Virus record (IMG/VR): IMGVR_UViG_3300037400_002261
Location: 32,001 to 96,000 of that record
From: a virus
Taxonomy: Duplodnaviria; Caudoviricetes
Direction: 5' to 3' (one strand)
DNA: 64,000 nt
Shown here piece after piece: positions 30,293-43,800 of this stretch (within the stretch, counting starts at the first letter, position 1; each line of letters starts with the position of its first letter). A program made the translations under genes and the position numbers. The notes below the pieces were generated by a model. That model searched no databases. It was given only the letters and a program-made list of their open reading frames with translations, and had not been told where the DNA came from.

Positions 30293-30808
30293 ATGGAAAA
30301 TAATAAAATCTCAGCAATAGAATATATAAATAATAATGAGTTACTCGAAGTAAGTTATATACCATTTGATCAAAAAATGCAAGTGGTTAGTGATGTTTTG
30401 TCTGAAGTTATTAATTCTGTGGGTGGATTAAATACTACTCTTTTGCGTAGAGTTTCTACTGAAGTCTTTATTGAAACTATTACTAATATTGATATGGGAA
30501 TTGTTGATGAAAATGGTTTAAGCGGTTTTGATCAATTGTGTTATTATAATCAACTTAATACACTTAAAACAGTTATTGGTAATGAATATATTGAATTTGA
30601 AACTATTTTAAAAGAAAGAATATCTGACTATATTCGTATTGAAACAAATCCAGCTGTTACTATTAGTTCTATATATAATCAACTTAAAAATAATACGGAT
30701 AAAGTTTTAGATTATGTTAGTAACCAAATTCAAAATTTAGATATTGATGATTTTGTTAATAGGATTTCAGAAACTGCTACTGCTTTGAACGGTGGTGGTG
30801 ATGAATGA
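30293..30808 (+). CDS. hypothetical protein, possible tail assembly chaperone
   Basis: 171 aa, upstream of the tape measure gene; YIPFDQK motif. Confidence 0.75.
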   Translation: MENNKISAIEYINNNELLEVSYIPFDQKMQVVSDVLSEVINSVGGLNTTLLRRVSTEVFIETITNIDMGIVDENGLSGFDQLCYYNQLNTLKTVIGNEYIEFETILKERISDYIRIETNPAVTISSIYNQLKNNTDKVLDYVSNQIQNLDIDDFVNRISETATALNGGGDE

Positions 30809-31179
30809 AACCTAGTTCATTTTTAACTTTATATAATTCAAGAGTAAAGAATGATTCTTTGGATAGAGATAAAATTATTTCGACAATTACAGAGTTGATA
30901 AAACCTGTTGATTATATACCGTATGATGATAAAGTCAAATTAGTAAGCACTACTATTTTGTAGTCAAAAGACTCAGACTATCCAACAGCAACTCTTCATA
31001 GAAATTTTATTATTAATATAATTTCTGCTTATACTATTTTGGAAATGGATAAAGAAGGGTTTGACTTGTTAAGTAAAACTAAAATGATTGATTTGATCTT
31101 ATCATTGTTTTAGTCTGAGTTTACTATATGTGATAGCTTGTTGAATATGTGTCTTAATGACCTTGGAAAGAAGGTGTAA
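30805..31179 (+). CDS. paralogue of the preceding protein; TAG=Gln
   Basis: ATGA coupling; YIPYDDK motif; 124 aa across 2 TAGs. Confidence 0.7.
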
Positions 31180-31180
31180 T

Positions 31181-31753
31181 ATGGCATATACGAGTTTTTA
31201 TTAGTTGATACAAGATATTAAACGTGATATTGGTAAAATTGGAAATAAGATAGCAAGGGGTGTTGCAGAAATTGCTCATGAAGATATGTGTGAGGCACAC
31301 TCTTCTATTATTGAAAGTTATTATGGTGGCTATACTCCAGTTAGTAGTTATACTTACTATTATTATTCTCCAAGTGGAAAATTTTATTCTGGTCGTTCTC
31401 ATGGATATAGACGAACTGGAAATTTGAAAAATAGTATTATTCCACAGGGTGTAACAGGTAGTGGTCATTCTTTTACTGCACGAATACAAGTTGGTCCAAT
31501 GTAGATGGATGGATATATTAATTCTACTGGGAGAGTTTTTCCAGCTGAAGGTGTTTTTGATTTGATTTGGGATCAAGGAATTCGTGGTTTACCAGAAGGT
31601 TATAGAGGGCATATAGGTAATGTAAGTATATCTGCTGCGCCAGTTGGAATTGGAATATCTGGAAAACCAGATGAAGCTATGAATGAATTTATGGATAATT
31701 GGTGGGCATAGCGTGGACAACAAATGGCTGATATGATTGCAGGAAGTGTATGA
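31181..31753 (+). CDS. HK97 gp10-like tail component; TAG=Gln
   Basis: YRRTGNLKNSI motif; 190 aa across 3 TAGs. Confidence 0.7.
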
Positions 31754-31754
31754 T

Positions 31755-31785
31755 GGGAAGTGCAATATTGTACTTCCTATTTTTT
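31755..31785 (+). terminator. terminator-like hairpin before the tape measure gene
   Basis: GGGAAGTGCAA/TTGTACTTCCT followed by ATTTTTT. Confidence 0.65.
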
Positions 31786-31814
31786 ACTTTTTATTATAAA
31801 AAGGGAGGTATAAT

Positions 31815-34800
31815 ATGGCCGATATTAAAGAATATATTATAAAAATAACGGCGAATGTTGATGATGCCAAATAGAAGTTAGATAGTTTGGCAAATTCTAT
31901 GTCAAAAGTAAATCTTAATAATGGACTTGATTTAGATTTAAAAAAGTCTACAAGCGAAATTACTGGTTCTATAGGAAAAGTTGCTGAAGAAGTAGGAAAA
32001 TTATAGAAAGCATTTGATAAACTAAATGCTGATAAAATTACTAGTGAAGTAAAAGATCTTTCAAATGATTTAAAAAGTTCTATTGATTCAATGAAATCTT
32101 CATTCGAGGGTTTTCAAAAAACATTTGAAGGTTTAAGTGGTGCTGGAGATAAAGGTTTTGGTCAGATATTTAAAGATTTTTCTGAACAAATGAAAGAAAT
32201 GATAGATTCGTATAGAGAAGCTATTAGGGTTATTGATGGACTTAATAATGGAACTATTGCACCCAATCTTTAGGAAAAGGTAGAAGATGCTGTATAGAAA
32301 AATAATAATAGAACGAAGCAAAATGTGTAGAAATAGACCAATGCAATAACAGAAGCATTAAGAGAAAGTAGAACAAAAATAAATAATGCTATTAAAGATT
32401 TTAATGATAATATTGATAGTATAACAGTTGCCCAAATTGGTTCATTTACTGATGAAAATGGTAAGCAAAAATTTGTTCCTGAAGAAGAATTAAGAAGAAT
32501 GGAATTATATGTTTCCAATTTAATTGGAATAATTAAAAAAACAAAACATATCAAAGGTGTTGATCTTAATAAATTAATTTTTTCAAAAATTGGGATGTCT
32601 GAAGATAGCTTAAACGATATTAGAGATGACATACAGAGTAAAATCACCGCTTCTATTGAAAGACGGGAAACAAAAGCTGAATCTATAATCAAAGAACAAA
32701 ATGCAAAAGATAAAGGTGTTAAATAGCCAGTATCAGTCAATATTGATGTTGTTTTAGATGAGGCTTCTATATCAAATGATTCAATAGATGCTATGGTTAA
32801 TAGAATTCGTGAAGAAGTAGTATTTAGAGTTAATGAAAGAATCAAGAATCATCCAATAAAAATACCTATTAGCTTATCAACAGAAGAAGAAATAGTTAAT
32901 GACGAAAAATTAACTGATAAACAACTTGAAAAAAAGACTGAAGAAAAATAGAACAAAAAGTTTGTTAAACAATTAACTGTTGAGGTTAGAGCTATTACTG
33001 ATGGAATGCTCGATGATATTAACACAAAAATAAAAGAACTTAATAAAAAAATAACTTAGACAATTGATATTAAACTTCGACCAGTTTTATTTAGTGAATA
33101 GGAATTGGAAGATGTTGTGTTGCAAACAGAAGAAGATATTAGTGGTATTATTGACGGAAAACATGGTAAACGTGGTATACCAACTGATGCATCAAAATTA
33201 ATATTATCTTCAAATACTTTTGATGAACAATCTCATGCTGTATTAGTTGATATTAGAGATATCGTAGGTAGAATTCTTGCTGCAATAAGTGGAAACATTC
33301 CACCATCTGGTGGTCATCCGATGTCACCGACATCAAATATTCCTCCTACTCCACCTACTCCTCCTACTCCACCATCTGGTGGCGGTGGTACACCTCCAGT
33401 ATCTCAACAGAAACCAATTAAAACTGTAACTATTAATAAACCAAATGTTGTGATGTAGAATTCTGGAAATGTTAATACTGGTAGAACAATTGGTGTTACA
33501 CCAAATTAGACACCATAGCAAGAAATTCCAAAAGGTGGTTCATCTTCTACTCCTACTCCAGTAACGGTTGTAGATAATGAGCCAAAGTAGAAAAAACCAT
33601 TTTCGTTTGAAAAATATGCAAGATATTTAACAATTGGTAGATTATTAAATAAAGAAAGGGCTGGAGAATTAACTCAAAATGAAATTGAATATGCAAAAAG
33701 TTATGGAAGGGAATTATTACAAAGAGCCGCAAATGCATTAGTATCTGATATAAAAGGGAAATCTATAGGCAATGAAAAAAATATAGTTGTTGGAGCTGCC
33801 AAAAGAAATTATGATAGATTTACTATTGCAAGAAATAATTTAATCGAAAGAGAAAATAAAAGAGAAGATTTATCAAATAAATTATCATCGATTGGTTATT
33901 CTCCAAAACCTGTGATTAAAAGTTCTTCAGTAAAAGCGTTGGATTTTATTTTATCGAAACTCAATAATATAAAAAAAACGACAGAACCATTATCTGAATC
34001 TTATAGAACTGGATTAAGTGATAGAAATTATTTTACTCAAACTGTTGGTGATAGTAATTTAGCATTTTGGGGAAGAGCAAATCAAAATATTGAGGATTTT
34101 CAAAATGAAGTATTTGATGTCTTTGTAAAAGGAAAAGATTCAATAGCAAAAATGAATACTAGAATTAATAAGCAATTTGAACGTGAAATGAATGCTACTT
34201 ATCTTGTAAATTCTGGCATTGGCGGCGAAAAGGTTACACCATAGATAAAACGTCTTATTGATTATGATATTATAAATGAAGGTAGAGATCTTAAAGGGCA
34301 AAGATTAGCACAAAGACTTGCTGAAGAACATGAAACCCCAACAAGAATATCTGAAATGCGGGCAAATTTTATTAGAAAAAGAATGAGCGAATTATAGATG
34401 ACACCATAGCAATTGGATGCCTTGAAAAAAGAAAAAGAAGAATTGTCAGCTATATATATGCCTGCTATTCTTGGTTCTAATGATGAAAAGTCTCCATTAA
34501 GTATGGAACTTTTAGCAATTGAGCAACGCTTAAAATATCTTAATGATACAATTGATAAAGTTGAAAATGACGCTGAAATAGTACGTTATAGAGGAAGTTC
34601 TGATGAAGATATAGTTAAAGAACAAATTCGTAGAGAACATATGGCTAGGAGAGTTTCATTAGTAAGGCAAACTTCTCCGTTAACAGATGATCAAAAAGGT
34701 GAACTTGATAAATATAGAAAAGAATTAATTGAAAAAGAAGCTGAAAAGATTGCTATGTCTGTTGTAAAAGAAGGTTTTGGAAATAATATTTTCAAAACGT

Positions 34801-37800
34801 TTAATTATGGAACTGCAAAGTCTGATGTTAAAAAAGGCGGTAATAATAGTGATCAAAAGCGTATAAGAAAACTTGAAAGTTATGGTCTTGAAGTTGATGA
34901 AAAAACTGGAAGATTAATTTCATTTAAAACACCAGAAATTGCGAAAAAATGGGGTGTTGATGATTTAGAAGAAAGGCTTCTTGAAGTTGGTTCATATGGT
35001 GAGGAATAGTTAAAAAAACAACGTGATATTACTGAAGTGCTTTCTGAAAATGAAGAAGATTATAGGAAGTATATAGCTGCTTATGATCGTCATAGGGCTG
35101 GAGAAGCAACCAAAGAAGATGAAGAAACTATTAAAATCTTAAAAGGTAAATTAGCCGAACACGCATTATATTTTGATAATCAAGAAAGAATAGATTAGAT
35201 TATTTCAGAAAATATGGAATTAGAAAAAAGATTGAACAAAAAAGGAGCTACTAAAAAAGATAGAGATAAGTACAATCAAAATAATTTAGAACTTAAATAG
35301 ATTGCTCGAATTACTCCAGATAGGTTCTCAGAATTTGATGTATATCAAATGGCTCAACGACAAATTGGTAGAATTGATCATTCAAGAGATTTAGAAAAAG
35401 ATATTATGGAAACTTATAGGAATGCTATGATATCAATGGTTAGTGGTGATACTATAAGAAAGATGAGTAAAAGCACATATAAAAAACATTTATTAGCCAT
35501 TTCTGAATCTGGCAAAGAAATAGGAAAATTAAGTAGTACATTACCAACTGTAATGGGTTCAAGAGATAGAAAAGGTATTTTTGTTTAGAGATTCGATACT
35601 GGATTGCCAGATTGGAGTTATTAGACAGATATTGAAAAAGAATAGCGTTCAAAAGCTTATAACAGATTGCAATATGCAAAGCGACATGCATTGGGATATG
35701 AAATAGGTAATGGTATTCGTGATATTAGTGGTAGATTAGTAAATAAAACAGAAATCCCAGTTGAAAATATGAAAGTCGCAAATCTTGGATTATCTCCTAA
35801 AACTGCTAGAGCATATGCTTCTTTACCAGCAATTCAAGATATCTCTGCTCCATATAAAGATGAACATGGAAGACCTATTTATGGGAAGAATGGCGAGACA
35901 TTGTACAAACCAACGAATACAACCCCTGAATAGCTTAGAATGTTTTCTGATGTCCTTGGCAATGTTATTTCTGAATTAAATACTACTATTGCTTCTCTTC
36001 CAACTGACGAAGCTGAAATTGCTAAATTAGCTGAAGATAGACTTAGTAAAGCTACTGTAGTTCCATGGTTAGAACGTATTGAGTTATTAGATAAAGAAAT
36101 CGATGAAAGGGAAGAATATAATAAAAAACTTGAAAGTGGAGAAATTCAGGGACAAAAACGTGCTACATATAGTCTTAAAAAAGAAAGAGATGCATTACAA
36201 AGATCAGTTGAACAATTAGAAGGAGGTGCTTATAGTTCTAAGTATAAAAAAGATAAAAAAACTGGCGAATGGGTTTTAACTGGTGGTGAAAAATTAATAC
36301 AAGATAGAGAAGAACTTGCTAAATCTATATAGGATGAGTAGAAATTAATAACAGCTGTTTAGAAAGCAACTGGTATAAATGATGAAGCAGTTAGATTAAT
36401 AGAAACCATAAAATGGGCCAGAGAAGAAAAACGAAAACTTGGATTACATACTATAAGTAAAGGTGAAGATAGTTAGTATGCTATTGCAAAATAGGATTAT
36501 GACACAAAGAAAGGAATTTATGATAGAGCATAGACTACTATTAGAAATGGTGGAAGTGTTCCTGATATAAAAAATATTGAAGCGGAATATAAATAGGCAG
36601 AGGCTGCATATCAAAAGATATTAGGTGTTAGATTAATTGAAGCATGGGTGGAAAAAAATCTTGGTGGCAAAATATCAGAATTTACACCAGATAGTAATTA
36701 TGCTGTTAGTACATTAGATGATGCTAATGCGTTATATGAGCAGTACGATGATATTATAAGAGAATCTACAGAAGCGTTAAGAAAAATAATATCTAAAAAA
36801 TCAATCAATGATTTATTATAGGATCTTGATGTTCTAACTGCTGACAAATATGGAGAAAAAATTAAAGCGAATCCTATTAGTGATATGCTTGAAGAATTAA
36901 GGGAAATAAGAGAAAGACAAGAAGTTCTCCGTGGAGAAATAAGAGAACAGGAATATCAAATGTCAAGAACTGGAGAAGAATTACAGCCCATTAAAGAAGC
37001 TCGTCTTAAAAAGATTAGAGAAGATATTAAGAAGAAACGCACAGATGCAATTTCTATAAGAGATACTAATGTAAGATCAAAACAAATTATTGATAGTATG
37101 ATAAATGTATCTGATGTTATTGCTGCTGATGAGTAGATAAGAGCACAAGAAAAGGCTAATATAGAAGAAAAACAAAAAGAAATTGATAGTATAATGGCAA
37201 AATCTACTGATGATAGAATTGCTGATATAACTGAAAGTTTTGCTAATCAAACTTCTGAAATATAGACATAGTTATCTGAAGAAAACAAATTGTTAATTGA
37301 ACAACGGAATGCAATTGTTAATGAATATGTCGAAAGTACAAGAGAATTAAAACAAAGAAGAACTGCATTTAATCAAGCTGATTTGGAATTAGAAGAAGCA
37401 GTTGATGAAAGAGATAAATTATTATCTGTAAAATCTAGAGAGGAAATATTAAGTGAAGATTCTGAATATCAAAGAATTCAGAATGACATTAGTCAACTTG
37501 AAGAAGAAATTGCTAAATCTCCTGCTTCTGAAAGAAAAAAATTAAGATTAGAAAAATTAGGACCTTTAAAAGAACAACTTCAACAAAGAATTGAAGATAT
37601 TAGATATGGTTATATTGACCCAATACAAGAATCCTTTGATGAGTTAAAAGATGCATTCGAAGTAAAGGGTATAAGAGGTGAAGAGCTTAGAAGAAAAGCA
37701 ATTGCTTTTAAACAATTAGAGGGAGAAGGAAGAAATATTGGTGCAAGAGTTGATTGGTATGAAGAAGATACGATAAATGGTGCTTCTCCAATAGATTTTG

Positions 37801-40800
37801 CTGATTCTGTTATTAATGAGGAAGTAAATGCAAAACAAGAAGTTGTTGATCTTGCAAAAGAAGAATTGGAAATTGCTGCTCAAAGATAGGAAATCGCAAG
37901 AAAAGCTTTAACTATTGCTTCAACAAGCACACCAGAACGTACTGAAATTGAAGCTGATTATAATGCTGCTACTAATAGGTATATTTCTTCAAAAACAAGA
38001 TATGAATCAGTTGAAGAAAAATATTTAAAAGCTAAGAATAATTATGATAATGCATTAGAAAAGATTGCAAAAGGTGAAAACGTTGCAAAATTTGATAAAA
38101 TAAAAATGGAATTTGAAAAAATATCTCCTGAGTATGACAGAGTTAAAGCACTTTATGAATCTTCTAAAGAAGCATATTTTAGATTTGGTGGATTATTAGA
38201 TGCTATTAATGGGTCAAATATTGTACCAGAAATTGATGAAGCTGCTTCTCAATTTATGAGAACTCAGAGTTCGATTGAAAATCTTGAAAATGCATAGCAT
38301 AGATTAATTGAAACTAGAAAAAGAGAAATAGAATTAGCAAAAAACGATAATAAATATATGGAATATTTGTATAATCAAGCTGGTATTCCAGTACCTAAAG
38401 GAGCAAGAGTATATGATGAAAAAACAAAAGAAGCAATAAGAAGAAGAGATGCTGAAGAAAGAGAAAGAAAAAAAAGACAAGCTAAAGAACAAGAATAGAT
38501 TGATACAGCAGCAATTAGTAGATGGCGTTTTGGACTTGGTGGTGTTGAAGAAGAAAAAATGAATGCAAGAAGAAAAGCTAGAGCTAATATAAAAGCTTCA
38601 TCAACATAGAATAAGCCGAGAGAAATGTTCGATTGGCGTTTTGCAGATATGAACAAAGATCAAGCCGTTATTGCAAAATTAATTCAACGATTTGCTGTAA
38701 AAAAATATAGGACTGAAAGATAGGATAGATATTTAAAATCTCTTCAAATTCAGGCATAGAACATTGGCTTGAAAATTAATGCAAAAGGATATGTAGAGCC
38801 ACTCGTTTCTAAAGAAGAATATGAAGCTAATACAGAAGCTCATCCTATTCCTAAATTTACTTAGCAAGAACTTATACAACGTGGGTTATTAACGGCAAGT
38901 AACAAATATAATTCGCAAAGCAGTTAGCAATCACAGCAATCTGGAAATCAACCTGATAATGTTTTTGAACCTGAAAAGAAACGTCAACAAGCACCAATGG
39001 AAGGTGTAGTTGATTATGGAACGGAAGAAGAATATTATCGTCAGATGGGAATGCAAGTACAAGATATTGAAAGTGAAGTAGATAATATTGGTGAAAATAT
39101 CAATGCAAACACAAGAAAAGGAAATACTCAACAAGGAAATGATTTTATAAGTTATGCTACTGGTAAATTAAATAAATTGAATCTTGGAGCACATAAGAAT
39201 GAAGCTGTAGCATTATGGAATTCATTAAAGCCTACAATATCAAGTCGTGAAACTGCTGATACAGTTATTGCTACTATTACTTCAAAACTCAAGGAATGGA
39301 GTTCAAAAGATAATCAATCACAAAAAGAAACTTCTGCTTAGAAAAGACAAGAAAATGATTTTGTAAATCAGGCTGCTATAAAATTAAATAAATTATAGCT
39401 TGGTGGGTTTAAAGAACAAGCTGTTGCGCTTTGGAATTCTTTAAAACCGTCTATTATAGATCAGGAATCTGCGGATAATGTTGTTGCTGTTATTTCAAAT
39501 CAATTAAAAGAATTTAATGAAAAAAATGGCCCACAAGGGTTTGTTGAATATGCTAAAGGTAAATTAAATAAATTAGATTTAGGTAATTATAAGGAACAAG
39601 CTGTTGGTATATGGAATTCTTTAAAACCATCTATTATAGACTAGCAGTCAGCAGATAATGTGATATCAGCTATTACTTCTAAATTGTAGGAATGGAAATC
39701 GAATGATGAAAAAGCACCTCAAGCCACTCCTGGATCTGGTCAAGCAAGCGATTCTTTGGAAAATGTTGCAACAGAAGGTCAAGCCGCTGCTTCTGCTGAA
39801 TCTCAAGTAGCAGAAAATGGATAGGCTGCTGCATAGGCATTGGAAAATATTGCATCTATGGGTGATCGTTTTAAATCTTTAAAAGATCAATAGGTTGAAA
39901 ATGAAGTTCTTACAATGGAAGAAACGCCAAATAACAATAGTGTAGATCAATAGTCAGACACTATTGAAAATCAAATTAAATTATATGATAACCTTGGTAG
40001 AAAAATTGATGATAATAAAGCCAAAGTGTTATAGGGAACGAAAGCTATAGATGCATAGAATCAAGGCATTCTTACATTATTCCATTCGTCAGATGATGTT
40101 TTTGATAAATTTGATCCATAGAAAATGGGTGTATCTGGTGCTAAGTTTGGTAAAGGTGCATATTTTAGTACAACTCCCCAAAAAATATATGGCAATAAAA
40201 TGACAGAATGGTATGCATATGTAAATAAAATATTTGACATAATGTATACTTAGCTGAATAATGAAGAAATCGAAAATATAATTTCAACTTGGTATAAAAA
40301 TTTTTCAGAAGAAATAATTGCAAATGCAAGAAAAGCTTTATCAACAAGGGATTATAAATCATTATATAGCGATGAATTACCCAAAAGAGATAATGAAGTG
40401 TTATTACGAGATAAGAAAATTAAATATATAGCTGGTTCGCCATTTTATGATGATTAGGATTTTATTGACAAAGCAATTAAAGGTCTTGGATATGATGCTC
40501 TTCAAGTACCAGGTGGAGGTATTGTTGTTTTTAATTTAGACAATATTATTCGTGCAAACAATTTAGTACATGATACAATTGATGAATTATAGTAGTTAGT
40601 AGAAAATCGTCCTATTAATAGTAAAAGTGGCATGTATATGATTCCTGCAACGATTGATGTAAATGATTTATCAAATGAAAGTCCGATTTCATCGGGTACT
40701 GTGCCACAAAATGTTGGTTCTATTACAGATAGTTTACACGATATGTAGATGGCTGGAAGTAGTGCTACAGAATCTATTGTTTCAGGTATGTCTGATATTA

Positions 40801-43800
40801 GTGATAATTCTGAACAAGCTATTACATCAGTTAAACGTGTAGTAGAAGCATTTAGAGGAGTAAATGAAGCTAGTGATTCTAATGGGTATTGGTCATCTGA
40901 TTACGATGAGGCAAAATGGTATGCAGAATATGGCGAAAATGTTAAAGAATTATATAAAGGTAAAATCAAATTTGATAAAGCTTACTATACAGATAATTTA
41001 GGTAGAGATAATAATAATGTGAGATATTTAGGTGCTGGTTTTGATGATATATCCAAATAGTTAATAGAATAGGATAGAATATAGAAAGAAGCACATGATA
41101 TAATACAATCTGCATTTTAGAAACATGGTATTGATATTGATTTTGGTACATTTACTAGTGGTTTATCTGGAGATCTTGAAGATAGTTTAAGAAGTGTTGA
41201 AGATTTATTCTAGGGTTAGTTAGACACTATATTAAATGAATGTAAAGAATAGATTAAAATATTTAATGAAGCTGGTTTAAAAATATAGCAATTATTCACT
41301 GAAAGTAATGGGCGATATTTTCAAGGATAGACAGATGATGTTAGTAAGGCAATTTTAGAATCTGGGTTATTTGACGGGGAAATATTTGATAGAATATAGG
41401 ATACTACAAATGGACTTACAACTCATTATAGACCAATTGATGAAAGTCAAATTTTTGATAAGATTTTGTTAGAATCAAATCAAAATCCTGTTTTATCGGA
41501 TGATATTGTAACATTGTATCGTGGAGTAGGTGCAAAAGGTACAAATGGTGCGAAGTCATTGTATCATGATGAAGCGGGGACATTCTTTACTGATAATTTT
41601 GAAGCCGCATTATAGTATGCAGAAGAACTTGAAAATGATATTTATAAGCTGTAGATATCAAGGTCAAAATTAAATGAGATGCTGAATGTTGATGCTTTAG
41701 GATCTTAGTATACAGATATATCATTAGATGGTGTAATATAGACAACCGATGAAATTGCAGAAAAAACAAAAGCGGATGGATAGAAATTAGGCGTTGTATT
41801 CTCTAATGTTAGAGATGGAATAGAGTCAGCTATAACAAGCGTTTCTATCTTTTCAGAGGAGTTGTTGGACTCCGCTCAAAAAATGTCTGATACAGAAATA
41901 TTATATTAGCTTGAAAAAATAGATCCAGAGTTAGCTAAATAGTATCGAGATGAAGGTGGTATCTCCGATAAAACTCCAGTTTCAACTACTACTCTTCCAC
42001 TCCAAGAACAAGACGAAAAACAACAAGAAATTGGTTCTTCTGCTGAATAGTCAGCTTCTTAGGTTCAAGCTGCCGAATCAAAAAAACAATCTGCAATTGA
42101 ACAAACAACAGAAAAGTTAAAAGAACAATCTTAGGTTGAAAGCCAAGTAGTAAAAAATGCTAATCGTCCAGAAAAATATCGTGAATATGATTTAAGTACT
42201 CTTCCAGAGAAAGACTTATATAAGCATTTAGGGTATTCTCGTACTGCATTACGTTCAAACAGATCTAAAGAAAAAGATGCACAATGGAGATATTATAAGA
42301 GTGAGTTAGAGCAAGAATTAACACGTAGAGAATTACCATTAGAAAGAGGTAAATCAAAACCAGAATATTCAGATAGAGATATATCATTAGAAGCAGATAG
42401 TGTTGTTCGATTAGCTGCATCTGAAAGTAATTTAAGTGATCAAACACAAATTGCTAATCAAGAATTATCAAGGTAGGGAGAATTACTTGCAGAAAATTCA
42501 TCAATACAACAACAATAGCCAGAGCAAGATCAAAGTCATATTGTTGAAGGTTTATAGTAGAAAACAAAAGCATAGAGAGAATATAATGATGCGATAGCCG
42601 CATAGCCATCTGCTCCAGATAACGAATATGGTCCAGAAGCAGCTGCTATTGCAAAAGAAGTTGAAAAAAGCAAGTATAAAAGTTAGTCTTAGAGGGCAAT
42701 TCCTGTTATAAATCCAGAAGAAATAGCAATGCCTATGTCTTCTCCTGTTGTTAGTGGAATAGCTGCCCAAGAATCTTCAACAGAATAGATTGCTCAAAAT
42801 ATGTCTGAAGCTACTGCTAGTGCTAGTAGTCTTGCTGGTGCATTAGGCGATGTTGCGCAAAAATCAAGTGAAGTAGCCAATAATACTGCATAGGCAAAAG
42901 ATAATATTGCATTGACAGATGCTCAGAAATCTTCCGCAGAAAATGCAACTTAGTTTACAGGTGAAGAACAAGGTTCATTTAGTAGTTTAGCGAGTGAAAT
43001 TAGAACAGATGTTATTGCAGCTATTGAAGAAAAGAATAGAGCATTATAGGAAGAAGCAAATCTTGTTGCAAAATTAACATCGGGCGAAGGAAATGATTTT
43101 ACTACTCTTGCTAGTAAAATAAAGGAAATAGCTGAATAGGCTGAGAGAATAAAGATTGAATTTGATTTTAGCAATATTGATAAACTTGATAAAAACTTTA
43201 TTTAGCAATTTAAAGAACTTGCTAAAATTATTAGTGAAGTCGATCCTAGTAAATTTATTGCTGTTGGTGAAGCGTTTAAAGGACTTAATATTGATAAAAG
43301 TCTTGGTGATAGTTTTGCTTCTCTTGCTGATGGTATTACCGCTTTTAATGAAAAAGTTTCTGATGAGGGAATTGGTGGTAATAATTTTAATGATTTAATG
43401 AATTTAATTAATCGTATTTCTGATGCTGGCAAACATATTTCTGACATGGCAGAAGTTTTAAAGGCAAGCGGAAAAGCTGGTCGTGGCGTATTTGGAATGA
43501 AATATTCCAAAGATTTCGATACAGAAGAATAGATGCGTGAATATATGGATTTAATGAAATATCTTTCTAATCCAAGCAATATGGTTAAATCATAGAAATT
43601 AACACTTCAAGGATTAGAAGGTGGTAGCATTTAGGCTAAAGATATGATATGGGCGCAGGATTATTTGCAAAAATTAGATCAAGCAAGAGAACTTCATAGA
43701 ATATTAGAAGAAAATAATCAATTAGAAGAATCTGGAAGAAAAGCACTTGATAGAACGTGGGAAAATTTTGGTATCAATCAAGCGTCTTCTTTGGATGCTG

